Part shown: piece by piece, positions 8,778-19,062 of the stretch
How the letters are laid out: each line of letters opens with the position of its first letter
How positions within the stretch are numbered: the first letter of the stretch is position 1
Origin: Pyrinomonadaceae bacterium
GTDB lineage: Bacteria > Acidobacteriota > Blastocatellia > Pyrinomonadales > Pyrinomonadaceae
Length of the DNA: 61,614 nt
NCBI GenBank assembly: GCA_036522475.1
Contig: DATDFT010000076.1
Location: forward strand, 1-61,614
Reading direction: 5' to 3'
Notes under the pieces: generated by a model
What the model was told of the DNA's origin: nothing
What the model saw: only the letters and a program-made list of their open reading frames with translations
Databases searched by the model: none
Position numbers and translations under genes: made by a program

Positions 8778-10019
8778 ATGTATATCAAGATAATTCTCGC
8801 CTGCGCCGCCCTCGTCTGCATCGCCTTTCAAAGTCAGTCGCAAACATCGCCACCTGTCCGCAGAATCGTGATTGCCGCCAGTACGATTTTCGACGGCAAA
8901 GGCCATGTTCTCAAAAATACGCGCATCGTCGTCGAGGGTTCGAAAATCGTCGCGATCGATCCGAAGGCGTCGCCAGTTGATTACGACCTGCGCGGGCTGA
9001 CAGTTTTGCCGGGCTGGATCGACGCGCACACGCACATCACCTGGAGTTTCGGCAACGATGGAAAGAACGCAGGACCTGGCGAGACCACCCAGGACGCCGC
9101 TTACCGCGCCGCAGCGAATGCATGGGCCACTCTGATGGCAGGGTTCACGACGATTCAAAGCATCGGTTCGCCAAACGACCTGCCTCTCCGCGACGCGATC
9201 GCGAGAGGCGAACTCCCGGGTCCGCGAATACTCACCGCAGTCGAACCACTTGTCGGTCGCGGCGCACAGACCGGCACCCCCGATGAGATTCGCGCGTTCA
9301 TCAGAAAGCAGAAAGAGAGCGGCGCCGATGTAATCAAAATCTTTGCAGCAGCGAGCATTCGCCAGGGCGGCAACCTGACTCTCTCGCAGGAACAGCTAAC
9401 CGCGGCCTGTGACGAAGCCAAAAAGCAGGGACTACGAGCGGTGGTCCATGCGTACAAAGAGGCGGTTCGAGCCGCGACACTCGCCGGTTGTTCACAGATC
9501 GAGCACGGCACACTCGCCACCGACGACGACCTGAAGTTGATGGCTGAGCGTGGAACGTATCTCGATCCGCAGGCTGGGCTAGTGATCGAAAACTACCTGC
9601 GAAACAAAGAACGTTACCTCGGCACACCCGGTTACACCGAAGAAGGCTTTGCTGCGATGGAAAAGATCCTGCCGCTGAATCACGACCTGATAAAACGAGC
9701 GAGCAAGATTTCTAACCTGAAGATTGTTTTTGGTACTGACGCCGTCGCGGGCTCGCATGGTTACAACGCCGAGGAGTTCATCGATCGCGTGCGTGACGCC
9801 GGCGTCGATCCGCTCACGGCAATCATCTCGGCCAACTCTCTCGGCGCCGAGGCGCTCGGCTTAGGCAATCAGATCGGAACGATTGCGGAAGGTTTTCAAG
9901 CGGACGTTATTGCGCTCGACGGAAATCCGTTGACTGATATCACAGCGGTGCGGCGAGTCGTGTTCGTGATGAAAGGCGGTGTCGTTTACAAAAATACGGC
10001 GCGCACAACTACACCTTAA
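8778..10019 (+). CDS. Metal-dependent amidohydrolase (secreted/periplasmic)
   Basis: Start moved to Met 65 (MYIKIILACAALVCIAFQSQS signal), preceded by GAGGAGAG. Motifs include the HxH motif LPGWIDAHTHI, plus VVHAYKEA..IEHG and FGTDAV. Confidence 0.85.
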   Translation: MYIKIILACAALVCIAFQSQSQTSPPVRRIVIAASTIFDGKGHVLKNTRIVVEGSKIVAIDPKASPVDYDLRGLTVLPGWIDAHTHITWSFGNDGKNAGPGETTQDAAYRAAANAWATLMAGFTTIQSIGSPNDLPLRDAIARGELPGPRILTAVEPLVGRGAQTGTPDEIRAFIRKQKESGADVIKIFAAASIRQGGNLTLSQEQLTAACDEAKKQGLRAVVHAYKEAVRAATLAGCSQIEHGTLATDDDLKLMAERGTYLDPQAGLVIENYLRNKERYLGTPGYTEEGFAAMEKILPLNHDLIKRASKISNLKIVFGTDAVAGSHGYNAEEFIDRVRDAGVDPLTAIISANSLGAEALGLGNQIGTIAEGFQADVIALDGNPLTDITAVRRVVFVMKGGVVYKNTARTTTP

Positions 10020-10095
10020 CGAACCTTAAACTCTCACGCGGATGACACGAAAAAATCCGGGTTTCTTCCGCGTCATCCGTGTACAATGCTGTGCG

Positions 10096-10722
10096 ATGAA
10101 CAGCTCGTTCACTGAAGAGATCGCGAATAGCATCAGTCATGGCCTCGGGCTTCTGCTCGCCATCATAGCCGTACCCGTCCTGGTGCTGGCGGCGATGAAG
10201 GTTGGCAGCGCGCACTTTCTCATCGGTGTGAGCGTGTTTGGCGGGACGATGGTGCTGCTTTATCTCGCTTCGACACTCTATCACTCACTGACACATGAAG
10301 CGGCGAAGCGACTGTTTCGACTCTTCGACCACGCCGCGATCTTTCTGCTCATCGCCGGAACCTACACGCCGTTTTCGCTGGGCGTGTTGCGTGGTCCATG
10401 GGGCTGGTCGATGCTGGCCATCGTCTGGACGCTCGCGTTCATCGGCATCACGTTGAAGATCAGAAAGCGCACGCGACACTCACGCATTTCGATCGTGCTT
10501 TACGTGATCATGGGTTGGCTCGCGGTCGTCGCCGTGAAACCGATCGTGATGCTGATTCCGGTGCCGGGAATTCTCTTGATACTCGCCGGTGGACTTGCGT
10601 ACACCGGTGGGCTCGCATTCTTTGCCGCCCACCGCATCCGCTACAACCATTTCATCTGGCACCTCTGTGTGATCGCCGGCACGACCTGTCACTTCTTCGC
10701 GGTCCTCTGGTACGCCGCCTGA
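10096..10722 (+). CDS. Hemolysin III / PAQR family membrane protein
   Basis: Seven predicted TM helices. N-terminal motif EEIANSISHGLG, plus STLYH and FDHAAIFLLIAGTYTP, and C-terminal HLCVIAGTTCHF. Confidence 0.85.
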   Translation: MNSSFTEEIANSISHGLGLLLAIIAVPVLVLAAMKVGSAHFLIGVSVFGGTMVLLYLASTLYHSLTHEAAKRLFRLFDHAAIFLLIAGTYTPFSLGVLRGPWGWSMLAIVWTLAFIGITLKIRKRTRHSRISIVLYVIMGWLAVVAVKPIVMLIPVPGILLILAGGLAYTGGLAFFAAHRIRYNHFIWHLCVIAGTTCHFFAVLWYAA

Positions 10723-10724
10723 GA

Positions 10725-12944
10725 TTATCTTGCCTTGTACTGAAACGTGATTCGCGTTTCCTCGTCTAAAACTAACGGTCGCACGAAGCGATAGGATTTA
10801 CCGCTGCGGGGTACTTCGACCGACACCGGCAGCAAACCCGCGACGCGACGTTGCAGACTGAAGACATTCTGCGAATAGTTGTTCAACTGCGCCTGTTGTG
10901 TTTTCTTTGCCAACTCCTCGATACGACGATTCTCATTCGCGAGATTTGCGCCGTCTACACTCGTGACGGTAACCGTCGCAGAAACACTGCCGACACCGAG
11001 CGTCGTGCCCATCCGCGCGGGTTTCGAAGCAGTCAATTCAAAGTCCTGCTGCGATGCCGCAAAACCCGTCGCGGAGATGTTCACCTTGACTGGTCCAGGC
11101 TCCAGACCGGAAACCACCCAATGACCATCGCCGCCCGAAGACGCCGTTAAGGTTGTGCCCGTTTGCGTGTTCGTCACGGTCACTTGAGCACCGGCAACCA
11201 CAGCGCCCGCCGGATCGACGACGATGCCGCCGATTTGCCCCGGCCCGAGCGTGCTGAGATCGCTTTCAGTCCAGTTCCGCGCCGACGAGTCGACATCGTC
11301 AACACCATCGAGCATAAAATTATTCGCGGCCGCAGCGGGAAGCAGTTCCGCCGCCACTGCGTTACCGCCAAATTGCCTCACCTCGAGACGCTCAGGCAGT
11401 GCAACTTCCCACGTCAGGACATTTATTGGGATATCCAGCTTCGGCAGACCCATGTCGTAAGATCCGTTCTTCGCAAAGCGCGGACCCTCGCTCAAATAAA
11501 CAAACGAGACATTGTAAGCACCTGACGAATCCAGGCCCGGCCGTGTCAGTGGAATACGAGTGCCGTCGAGATCCTCCGAGGGCTTCACTCGCTGGCCCTC
11601 GACCTCGGCGGTGAAGAGTTTCGCTCCCGCAGGCAATTGAACCTTCACAAACGACTGTGCGTGGTTGCGCACTCGCAGCGAGATCTCCGTGAGAGTCCGT
11701 CCTTCGACGTTCGCGAGCGTCGTGACGGTCGCGCGCTCAGCCACTGCCGAAAGCACGTCCGCATCCTGAAACTGCTGCCACTCGAGTTGCAGCCTCGGCG
11801 CGTCAGTCGCTTTGCGGTTGTAACGAAACGCAGCCTGAAGTGGAAAGTGTGACAGCGATCTCGTGATGGCGTTTGCTTCACGCACGTCGATGCGACGCAG
11901 TCCTCCGGACTCTTTTGCTTTCAACTCCATCGCGCCCGCGCCCTCGACCAACAGTTCGCCTGTTTCTCGCTGCGCGCCCGGAAATTCGAGCAGCGGCGCA
12001 TCGACTCTCGTTTCGCGATTCGCGCGTTCGACTGCGATCAGAAACTGGTGATTGCGCCGAGAGGGATCGTGAACTCGCAGCGTAAGGATGCCACCCGTTG
12101 CATCGAACGATTCGAGTGAGTTTCCGGTCGCGGTCGTGAACTCGTATCCGTCCGGCAATGGAACTTTGAACTCCGCCGCTTCACCCTGGATCACGGTGAG
12201 ATCGCAAAGAGCGGTGAGCCTCAGCTCCGATTCGTCAACAGAGAAGATCGTTTTGACGTCGGAAAGGAAACGTACTTCGCGTTGCGCGACAGGCGCCGCG
12301 ATCTCGCGCGTGGTCCACCAGATGCGCGCCGATTTGCCCGGCTCCAACGCGGCTTCGATCTTCGTGTTTCCGTTAACGCTGTCACGACTCGTCACCAAAC
12401 CCGGCTCGACGTGTACGTTGGCGTGATTCCCCGGCAACTCGAGGCTCAACATCGTGCTGCTCGCAACCGGTACCGCCAGTGTGAACGATGCGCGTCCGGC
12501 TTCGATCGCCAGGGGCGCGGCAACGCCGAGCGACACAGCGAACGGACCTGGTCCATTCAGGATGGCAGCGTGGCTCGAACCTTCCTGTATTAACGGCAGT
12601 GGCTGTCCAGCCTGTTTCGCTTCAAGGATTGTAAGACTGCTGGTAAGCGGAGTTTTGACTGCTCCTTTTCCGAGCAGCGAGCCGTCAATATCAACGTATC
12701 CGACAAGGGTCTGGTCCTCGACGCGAAGCTTAAAGACTGCGTGCGACAAAACGAAAGGTAGTGGCGCTTCCTCGGGCGATTTGTCTTTGCGCGAGGCGCG
12801 CTCAACGAGTCGGTCGTATTCGCTGAGTGAAATCGTCACGGTTCCGGCTGTTCCCGGGGCCGGCAAGACTGAATCCATTCGGGAGTTGCGTTGTTGGCCC
12901 ACCGCTACAACGGTCAGCAACAGAATCAAAATTAGTGCTTTCAT
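10725..12944 (-). CDS. Large secreted protein (739 aa) with a C-terminal CarboxypepD_reg-like domain; paralog of the upstream gene
   Basis: Signal peptide MKALILILLLTVVAVGQ. CarboxypepD_reg-like segment GGIVVDPAGAVVAGAQVTVTNTQTGTTLTASSGGDGHWVVSGLEPGPVKVNISATGF. The N-terminal region is colinear with 12941..14842 (LSEYDRLVERAS versus VSEYTALKHAAS). Confidence 0.7.
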   Translation of the reverse strand: MKALILILLLTVVAVGQQRNSRMDSVLPAPGTAGTVTISLSEYDRLVERASRKDKSPEEAPLPFVLSHAVFKLRVEDQTLVGYVDIDGSLLGKGAVKTPLTSSLTILEAKQAGQPLPLIQEGSSHAAILNGPGPFAVSLGVAAPLAIEAGRASFTLAVPVASSTMLSLELPGNHANVHVEPGLVTSRDSVNGNTKIEAALEPGKSARIWWTTREIAAPVAQREVRFLSDVKTIFSVDESELRLTALCDLTVIQGEAAEFKVPLPDGYEFTTATGNSLESFDATGGILTLRVHDPSRRNHQFLIAVERANRETRVDAPLLEFPGAQRETGELLVEGAGAMELKAKESGGLRRIDVREANAITRSLSHFPLQAAFRYNRKATDAPRLQLEWQQFQDADVLSAVAERATVTTLANVEGRTLTEISLRVRNHAQSFVKVQLPAGAKLFTAEVEGQRVKPSEDLDGTRIPLTRPGLDSSGAYNVSFVYLSEGPRFAKNGSYDMGLPKLDIPINVLTWEVALPERLEVRQFGGNAVAAELLPAAAANNFMLDGVDDVDSSARNWTESDLSTLGPGQIGGIVVDPAGAVVAGAQVTVTNTQTGTTLTASSGGDGHWVVSGLEPGPVKVNISATGFAASQQDFELTASKPARMGTTLGVGSVSATVTVTSVDGANLANENRRIEELAKKTQQAQLNNYSQNVFSLQRRVAGLLPVSVEVPRSGKSYRFVRPLVLDEETRITFQYKAR

Positions 12945-14842
12945 TTGTCGCCTCTCTTTCTCTCACGTTGAAAATCAATCTCGACTGCCGGCGTTTGGTT
13001 CTCACCAGTCAACTCGGACACGAGATAGATCGACGGACCAAAGTGCGGAAACACGACGCGCAGCGGCAGATTGCGTGACGGCCGCGCGGCGCGTTGCGTG
13101 CGGACCTTGTCGATCAGTTGTTTCATCTCGTTCTGATCGGAAGTGATCTCGCTTTCGGCGCGTTGTTGTTCGGTTGCAGCCGGCGACGCTTCGGAACGTA
13201 ACGCAGGCGATTGCGGCGGCGTGTAATTCGCTACGCGGAAACTTCCGGAAAGCCCCGGAGCCGGCGTCACGCGAAACAGCGGCGGGTGATGCAGCAGCAG
13301 ATGTGACTTCGAGATCGGAAGATCCACCGCAACGAGTGAGACTCGCGCGCGACCTTTGTCCGTCCACGAAGCGGCGTGATCGAGATAAGCAACTTCGACG
13401 ACAAAGGCCGGTGCCTCTTCGCCGGAGCGTGTCTTTTCAAGTGGGAGTAAGTACGAACCATCTGGCGCGCGTCCCGGTCTGATGGGACGACCCGCCACCG
13501 AGGCGCTCCAGAGCACAGCAGTGGCAGGCAGGGCGAGTTTCAAAAAGTTTCGCTGATTGTTTCGGACCGCGAAACGCGACTGCACGAGAATCTTTCCGTC
13601 AGCCGCGATCAGCGTGTTGTACTCGGCTTCTTCGATGTTGGCTGTGAGCACAGCCTGTGGCGTGTAACGAGCAACATCGAGCGAGAGCGTTCGGGTTAAC
13701 TTTCCGTTGCCGGGCTGAAATCTAAATGCCATCAACGAAGGTGATTGACGGTTGGAGATCAGTTGGCCCAGTTCGCTTGCCTCGGCTTCTTCGAGACCGT
13801 TCGGCTCGCGCTGTTTGATCTCGCCCGCGCCGAGAACCTCCACACCCACACCGCCCGTCTCACGTTCGGCACTCGGCAGACGAACGAGAGGAATGTTCAA
13901 CTTACCCGATCGCGGAATGCGCAACTCGCCGTTCAGCGTGAAGCGCACGTTGGTTTGCACCGGCTCGATGAACAACACCTTCAGTTCATTGCCGGCGACG
14001 TCCCAGTCGGCGACCATTGCACCCGAGACCTGGTTTACAGTTAGCTGTTCGGGCAGTTGCACGCGAACTTCATTGGCAACTCCCTGGACCACTTCGACTT
14101 GAACCTCAGCGCTGAGCTGTGTCGCGTCTTCACCTAACCCGATTAGTTGAGTGACCGTGCCGCGCAATCGCAATGGTTGACTCGCGCGCACGTCGTCGAT
14201 CTTTCGTCGCCACGCAAACGTCAGTGGTTCGCCGCCTTTGCCATTTGCAACCCAGCGACTTCCGGTCGCAGCGTCCGAGTGTTCGAGCAGAAGCCCACCG
14301 GTGATGCGAACATCAACGCCTTGTCGCGCTAGCTGAACCGTTGCGTGCGAGATCGCGGAGTTGCTTACCGGAAGGTGCAGGATGTCTGTGCCCGCGACTG
14401 TGGTTACTGGTGCGACGATCTGAAGCGTCAACACGGAACGTCCGGTCTTTGATAAGAGCAGATCGGCGCGACCCGGACCTTGGCTCGTTGGGTTCATCGC
14501 GAGGTTCACGGGATGACCATCGAGCTTTGCATCGCGGACGATCAAACCATCGGGCATCGCCACGCGCACCCAGCCGTTCTTGATAACATCGACGGTAAGT
14601 CGCGCTTCGCCCGTTGCGAGATCGCCGTCGACTTTCAGATCGTAGTCGATACGACTGAGTGTTGCTTCGACGGGCGGCGCAACGGGTTCAGGTTCGGTGG
14701 GAGACGCGGCGTGCTTCAGCGCGGTGTATTCGCTGACGGGAAGCACAACCCAGCCGTCAGGCGGTGGCGATCCAGTTTGAGCTGAAGTCGAAACGGCGCA
14801 GCAGATGACGAAGAGCGTTGTAGAGAGCACGAAGCGGTTCAT
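12941..14842 (-). CDS. Large secreted protein (633 aa), paralog of 10725..12944
   Basis: Start moved to Met 16 (MNRFVLSTTLFVICCAVSTSAQ), preceded by AAAGGAGA. There is a 4-nt stop/start overlap with the downstream paralog. Confidence 0.7.
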   Translation of the reverse strand: MNRFVLSTTLFVICCAVSTSAQTGSPPPDGWVVLPVSEYTALKHAASPTEPEPVAPPVEATLSRIDYDLKVDGDLATGEARLTVDVIKNGWVRVAMPDGLIVRDAKLDGHPVNLAMNPTSQGPGRADLLLSKTGRSVLTLQIVAPVTTVAGTDILHLPVSNSAISHATVQLARQGVDVRITGGLLLEHSDAATGSRWVANGKGGEPLTFAWRRKIDDVRASQPLRLRGTVTQLIGLGEDATQLSAEVQVEVVQGVANEVRVQLPEQLTVNQVSGAMVADWDVAGNELKVLFIEPVQTNVRFTLNGELRIPRSGKLNIPLVRLPSAERETGGVGVEVLGAGEIKQREPNGLEEAEASELGQLISNRQSPSLMAFRFQPGNGKLTRTLSLDVARYTPQAVLTANIEEAEYNTLIAADGKILVQSRFAVRNNQRNFLKLALPATAVLWSASVAGRPIRPGRAPDGSYLLPLEKTRSGEEAPAFVVEVAYLDHAASWTDKGRARVSLVAVDLPISKSHLLLHHPPLFRVTPAPGLSGSFRVANYTPPQSPALRSEASPAATEQQRAESEITSDQNEMKQLIDKVRTQRAARPSRNLPLRVVFPHFGPSIYLVSELTGENQTPAVEIDFQRERKRGDK

Positions 14843-15021
14843 GGGAAATTCTCCTTTTGCAATTTCGTGTGCTCGGCCGGCGGGCACACGTCAAGACACT
14901 GCGGCAAGGGTCGCCGCAAAAAAACTAGCCCGCACTTTTTGTTCGAGGCGAGATCGGGGCGTGATCTCTTAGTAAATCTGTGCCTATGATGCAGTGAGGT
15001 TGCTTAGAGTGGTCTCGTTCA

Positions 15022-15114
15022 TCTCTGCGGTCCTCTGCGTATCTCTGCGCCCTCTGCGTCTAAGAGTGCCCTTCAACACGGACTCCGCAGAGATACGCAG
15101 AGGCGCCGCAGAGA
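15022..15114. repeat. Long imperfect inverted repeat built from CTCTGCG heptamers phased at 10 bp
   Basis: The left arm 15022..15049 (tctctgcggtcctctgcgtatctctgcg) pairs with the right arm 15086..15114 (cgcagagatacgcagaggcgccgcagaga) with 1 mismatch and 1 indel. CTCTGCG recurs at 15023, 15033, 15043 and 15053. The loop is 36 nt. Confidence 0.9.
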
Positions 15115-15134
15115 ATTGCCGTTATAATCAAATC

Positions 15135-15797
15135 ATGAAGCCGACGGCGAAACCACGAGTGAAGATCTGTTGTATCGCGAGCATTGAAGAAGCGTGGATG
15201 GCGATTGATGCGGGCGCATCGGCTATCGGACTAGTGTCCGCGATGCCGAGTGGACCGGGACCGATTCCGGAGAGTTTGATCGCCGAGATTGCTGCGACTA
15301 TTCCGCCTGCTGTGAGCTCGTTTCTACTGACGTGTTTGCAGGACGCCGACGCCATCATCGATCAGCAGCGACGATCGAGAGTGAACACGATTCAGATCTG
15401 CGATCGATTGTCTGAACAGAGCCATGCCCAGTTGCGAGAGGCATTACCCGGCGTGTCGCTGGTCCAGGTTGTACACGTCACTGGTCCCGAATCTGTCGAT
15501 GAAGCGATCGCGGTTGCACCGCACGTAGATGCGGTGTTGCTGGATTCAGGGAATCAGTCACTGGCCATTAAAGAACTCGGCGGCACCGGCAGAACACACG
15601 ACTGGAATCTGAGTCGCAGGATAAGAGAAGCGATCGATGTGCCGATGTTTCTTGCGGGTGGACTGAACCCCGCGAATGTCGCTACTGCGATTCGCGAGGT
15701 TCAGCCGTTTGGAATCGACGTTTGCAGTGGACTCAGAACCAACGGTGCGCTTGATCGTGCGAAGCTAACCGAATTTTTCCGAGTCATCCGTGGTTAA
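15135..15797 (+). CDS. trpF: Phosphoribosylanthranilate isomerase
   Basis: Start moved to MKPTAKPRVKICCIASIEEAWMAIDAGASAIGLV (the KICG-I-T-like N-terminal motif). The C-terminal block is GGTGRTHDW..PMFLAGGLNPANV..PFGIDVCSG. The upstream part of ORF 14994.. is a translation of the repeat. Confidence 0.85.
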   Translation: MKPTAKPRVKICCIASIEEAWMAIDAGASAIGLVSAMPSGPGPIPESLIAEIAATIPPAVSSFLLTCLQDADAIIDQQRRSRVNTIQICDRLSEQSHAQLREALPGVSLVQVVHVTGPESVDEAIAVAPHVDAVLLDSGNQSLAIKELGGTGRTHDWNLSRRIREAIDVPMFLAGGLNPANVATAIREVQPFGIDVCSGLRTNGALDRAKLTEFFRVIRG

Positions 15798-18700
15798 AAA
15801 GTAAACCTGACCGCTAACTGCACTTGCCTCGGATCACCCACGCCCTGTCGCAGGAACCCGTCAAAGTTGAAGAGGCCGGGCGTTGAGAGCGGATTGACAT
15901 TGTTCGCGTTGTTGAAGGTATTGAACATCTCGATAACCGGAATTATCGCGAAGCGTTCGCCAAACTTGAACGGTCGCTGAATGCGCCAGTCAAACGAGAA
16001 ATACTGATTGTCTTTGCGCAACGTGTTGCGATTGGTCGCGGTGCGTACCGCCGGCGTGATTGGCTGAGCCGAACGTGCCTGCACGCGGAAGTTGCCCTCA
16101 AGTCCCCAACCCAACTCGATGAAAGTGAAGAAGTTGAACTTGTGACGGATGTCGCGATCCGAGTAGGCATAATCAAGACTCAGGTTCAACGGATCAAACG
16201 AGCGATCCGTAAATGGATCACGTTCATTCGAGTCGTCGTCCTTATCTCTCGAAAGCGCGTAGTTCCACTCAAACTGATATCGCTTGCTGAACCTCTTTCG
16301 CATGCCGACTGTGAAGCCGTCGAATACAGACTTGCCGACAGCACTGGTTACGAATACGTCTCCAAATCCTGGGAACAGGCCCACTCGATTCAGGTTGATG
16401 AAGCGCGTCAGGTGAACGCCTTTCGAGTGAGTGAAGTCGAAGTAGACCGACAGATCCTCGGATAGCTGCTGCTCGAACTGAACGTTTGCTGTGTAGATCC
16501 TCGGGTTAGCGTAGTCTTTGCTGAACACGCGAATCGACGCAAATGAAGGAAGGCCGCCCAACGGCGGAACATTGACGATGTTTGGCCAAGTCGGCAAGCC
16601 CTGACCATTGCTACAGCCAAACGAAGATCCGCATGCGATACCGAACTGCTGCACACCGTTGTCCGTGATCGAACCGACTTGCGACAACATGTTCTGGCGG
16701 CCGTAAAAAATACCGGCGTTAGCTCGTAACACCGATCTGCCCGTTTTGGATAAATCCCACGCAAAGCCAAGGCGCGGTTGAAATTCCTTCTTGGGACTGT
16801 GCAACGTTCCGTCGGACGGGAATGCTGGATTAGATAACAACGAAGCGTAGACGGTTTGACTAGGTGGAACGACGGGCTCGGGGAAGATCTGAGCTTCCCA
16901 GCGCAGGCCGTAGTTGAAAGTGAAGTTTGGTCTAAGCTGCCACCGATCCTGAATGAACAAAGCGAGGTCTTCGTTCTTGATCGTGGATTTACCTGGCGGC
17001 GGAGCGCCCGAAATTCCGGTCGGGATGCCGTTCTGCAAATACAGAAGCAGTGGTCCACCTACGCTACTTCCCGCGCCGCACGTTTGATTGAACGGAGCAC
17101 CTTGAGTAATCCATCCGGTGAACGCGCCTGCTCCGTTAAAGCACTCGCCTGCGGTTGGTCCAAAGCCGTTTGCAGCGGGTGTCGATGCGTAACGCAGAAA
17201 ACCCGCAGGGCTGTCGAAGATGTAACGGCCGGTAAAGAATCCGCGGAACACCTGGTCGTTCAGCGTGTGCAGCCACTCGCCACCAAACTTAAAGTTGTGA
17301 TCGCCGGAGATAATCGAGAAGTTGTCCTTGGCTTGGGTCCGCCAAATCAGTTCGTCGACATTCGGCTCGAGGAAAAACGGAAAACCAAATCGGAAGGTTG
17401 TGGCAAAGCCCATCGCCGTGTCTGCCGGCACATTCGAATCAACTGCGGAACGAGGCCGCAGCTCACGACTGTAAGAGAAGTGAGCTTCGTTCAGTTTTGT
17501 CGGCGAGACAGTGGTGAACAAATTCGCGCGAATGTCATTGATCTTCGATGGACCTTCTATGCCGTTCGCGGAGTTTCCGTAAGTGGCGACGTCAAACGTC
17601 TGGTTTGTGTTCTTCGAATAGTCGAAGTTGTACGAGACCGAAAGGTGGTTTGAGCTGTTGAAATCGTAGTCTACCCTCGAGAAGAATGCCTGGTTATTTA
17701 TCTTGTGCGAGACGGGCAAGCCTTCTTCCTGATTACGCGTAGTCCTCATGAAGTTGATCAACGCCAGTCGCGCGCAGTCATCGTTGCCACTGATTGCAGC
17801 TTCATTCGCGAGAATCGTAGGTGTTGTCACCGGACATGGCGTACTACCGATTTGTTCGCTCAGGTTCGCACGGTCGAGATTTTCGCGAATGCCTTCGAAC
17901 GCTAAGAAGTAAAACGCCTTGTCTTTCTTGAATGGACCACCAACCGTGCCGCCGTACTGCTCACGATGAAAATTATCAAGCGGTTTGCCGTCGGAAGTGT
18001 TTGCCGTCAGTGCTTCGAGGCGTTGGAAATAAAAGGCGCTGCCGTGAACTTCGTTTGTGCCTGATTTTGTGATGACGTTGATGACGCCGCCCGCGGTGCG
18101 TCCAAACTCCGCGCTCGCGCCGGTTGCAACTACCTGAAACTCTTTGACTGCTTCCAGCGTGATGTCGATGGCCGCGCGTTGACCGCCGAGTTGCTCACCG
18201 AAGAAACCGTTGTTGTAGTCACCGCCATCCAGACTGACGTTATTGAAGATGCCGCGCTGACCGGCGAAGTTGATCTCATCGCCGTCCGGACCCTGCGTGA
18301 TGCTGACGTTGGGCGTGAGTGTAAGCAGGTCTTCAAATTTTCGTCCGAGAATTGGGGTGGTGCTCACTGCGACTTCGTTCAGCGTCGTGCTGGCCTCAGT
18401 CTTTGCTGTATCAACTGTCGGTGTCGAGGTGACAGTGACACGTTCCGCGACGTCGGAGACCTTCAGTGAGAAAGGAATCGATAGCGCCTGGCCCACTGTC
18501 AGCATCGTACTCTCGAGCACGGTGGTCGCGAACCCTTGTTTCGCAACCGTGACGGAGTAATTGCCGGGTTGCAGCAGTGGCGCAACGAACCGTCCGTCCT
18601 CGTCGGTTGTCAGTGTGCGTGTGAAATTGGTTTCGAGGTTCTTGATCTCGACGTTTGCGCCCGGCACTACCGCGCCATTCGCATCTACAACTGTGCCCTG

Positions 18701-18817
18701 GATCGTTCCGGTTGTACTCTGCGTTTGTGCGACGATCGAGGGGACGATTAGCAGCGTGAGAATAAAAGCTGCAAAACACTGAATCCGGGGGAACTTACCG
18801 AGTACGGGGGTCCGCAT
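15794..18817 (-). CDS. TonB-dependent outer-membrane receptor with an N-terminal CarboxypepD_reg domain
   Basis: 1007 aa with a signal peptide. CarboxypepD_reg segment GTIQGTVVDANGAVVPGANVEIKNLETNFTRTLTTDEDGRFVAPLLQPGNYSV, a plug-like region, and a terminal beta-barrel ending RQVQLAVRFTF. Confidence 0.9.
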   Translation of the reverse strand: MRTPVLGKFPRIQCFAAFILTLLIVPSIVAQTQSTTGTIQGTVVDANGAVVPGANVEIKNLETNFTRTLTTDEDGRFVAPLLQPGNYSVTVAKQGFATTVLESTMLTVGQALSIPFSLKVSDVAERVTVTSTPTVDTAKTEASTTLNEVAVSTTPILGRKFEDLLTLTPNVSITQGPDGDEINFAGQRGIFNNVSLDGGDYNNGFFGEQLGGQRAAIDITLEAVKEFQVVATGASAEFGRTAGGVINVITKSGTNEVHGSAFYFQRLEALTANTSDGKPLDNFHREQYGGTVGGPFKKDKAFYFLAFEGIRENLDRANLSEQIGSTPCPVTTPTILANEAAISGNDDCARLALINFMRTTRNQEEGLPVSHKINNQAFFSRVDYDFNSSNHLSVSYNFDYSKNTNQTFDVATYGNSANGIEGPSKINDIRANLFTTVSPTKLNEAHFSYSRELRPRSAVDSNVPADTAMGFATTFRFGFPFFLEPNVDELIWRTQAKDNFSIISGDHNFKFGGEWLHTLNDQVFRGFFTGRYIFDSPAGFLRYASTPAANGFGPTAGECFNGAGAFTGWITQGAPFNQTCGAGSSVGGPLLLYLQNGIPTGISGAPPPGKSTIKNEDLALFIQDRWQLRPNFTFNYGLRWEAQIFPEPVVPPSQTVYASLLSNPAFPSDGTLHSPKKEFQPRLGFAWDLSKTGRSVLRANAGIFYGRQNMLSQVGSITDNGVQQFGIACGSSFGCSNGQGLPTWPNIVNVPPLGGLPSFASIRVFSKDYANPRIYTANVQFEQQLSEDLSVYFDFTHSKGVHLTRFINLNRVGLFPGFGDVFVTSAVGKSVFDGFTVGMRKRFSKRYQFEWNYALSRDKDDDSNERDPFTDRSFDPLNLSLDYAYSDRDIRHKFNFFTFIELGWGLEGNFRVQARSAQPITPAVRTATNRNTLRKDNQYFSFDWRIQRPFKFGERFAIIPVIEMFNTFNNANNVNPLSTPGLFNFDGFLRQGVGDPRQVQLAVRFTF

Positions 18818-19062
18818 AGTTGTCTCCTATATAAAAAGATTTCGACAAGTCTCCGATTTTGCCTGGGCGTGTTCAAAGTTCTGGACCGGTGGCTAAGCAA
18901 TCTCGTAGAAGGGTTTATGCTGCTTGAGCATTGTGATTTACAATTGTCGGCCAGTTGGTCGGACATCTTAGTTAGAGCCGCATAGCGTGTCAATGAAACT
19001 TTCTTTGCGGTCTTTCGAAAAAGGATTGATGGTTACAACGCTTTTGTAACAGATTCATCGCT

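Noticed and set aside
8745-9158. N-terminal 138 codons of ORF 8292..9158
   Set aside because: This part overlaps the well-supported amidohydrolase gene (8778..10019) on the other strand and looks non-protein-like. Only the part from Met 139 was kept, at low confidence.
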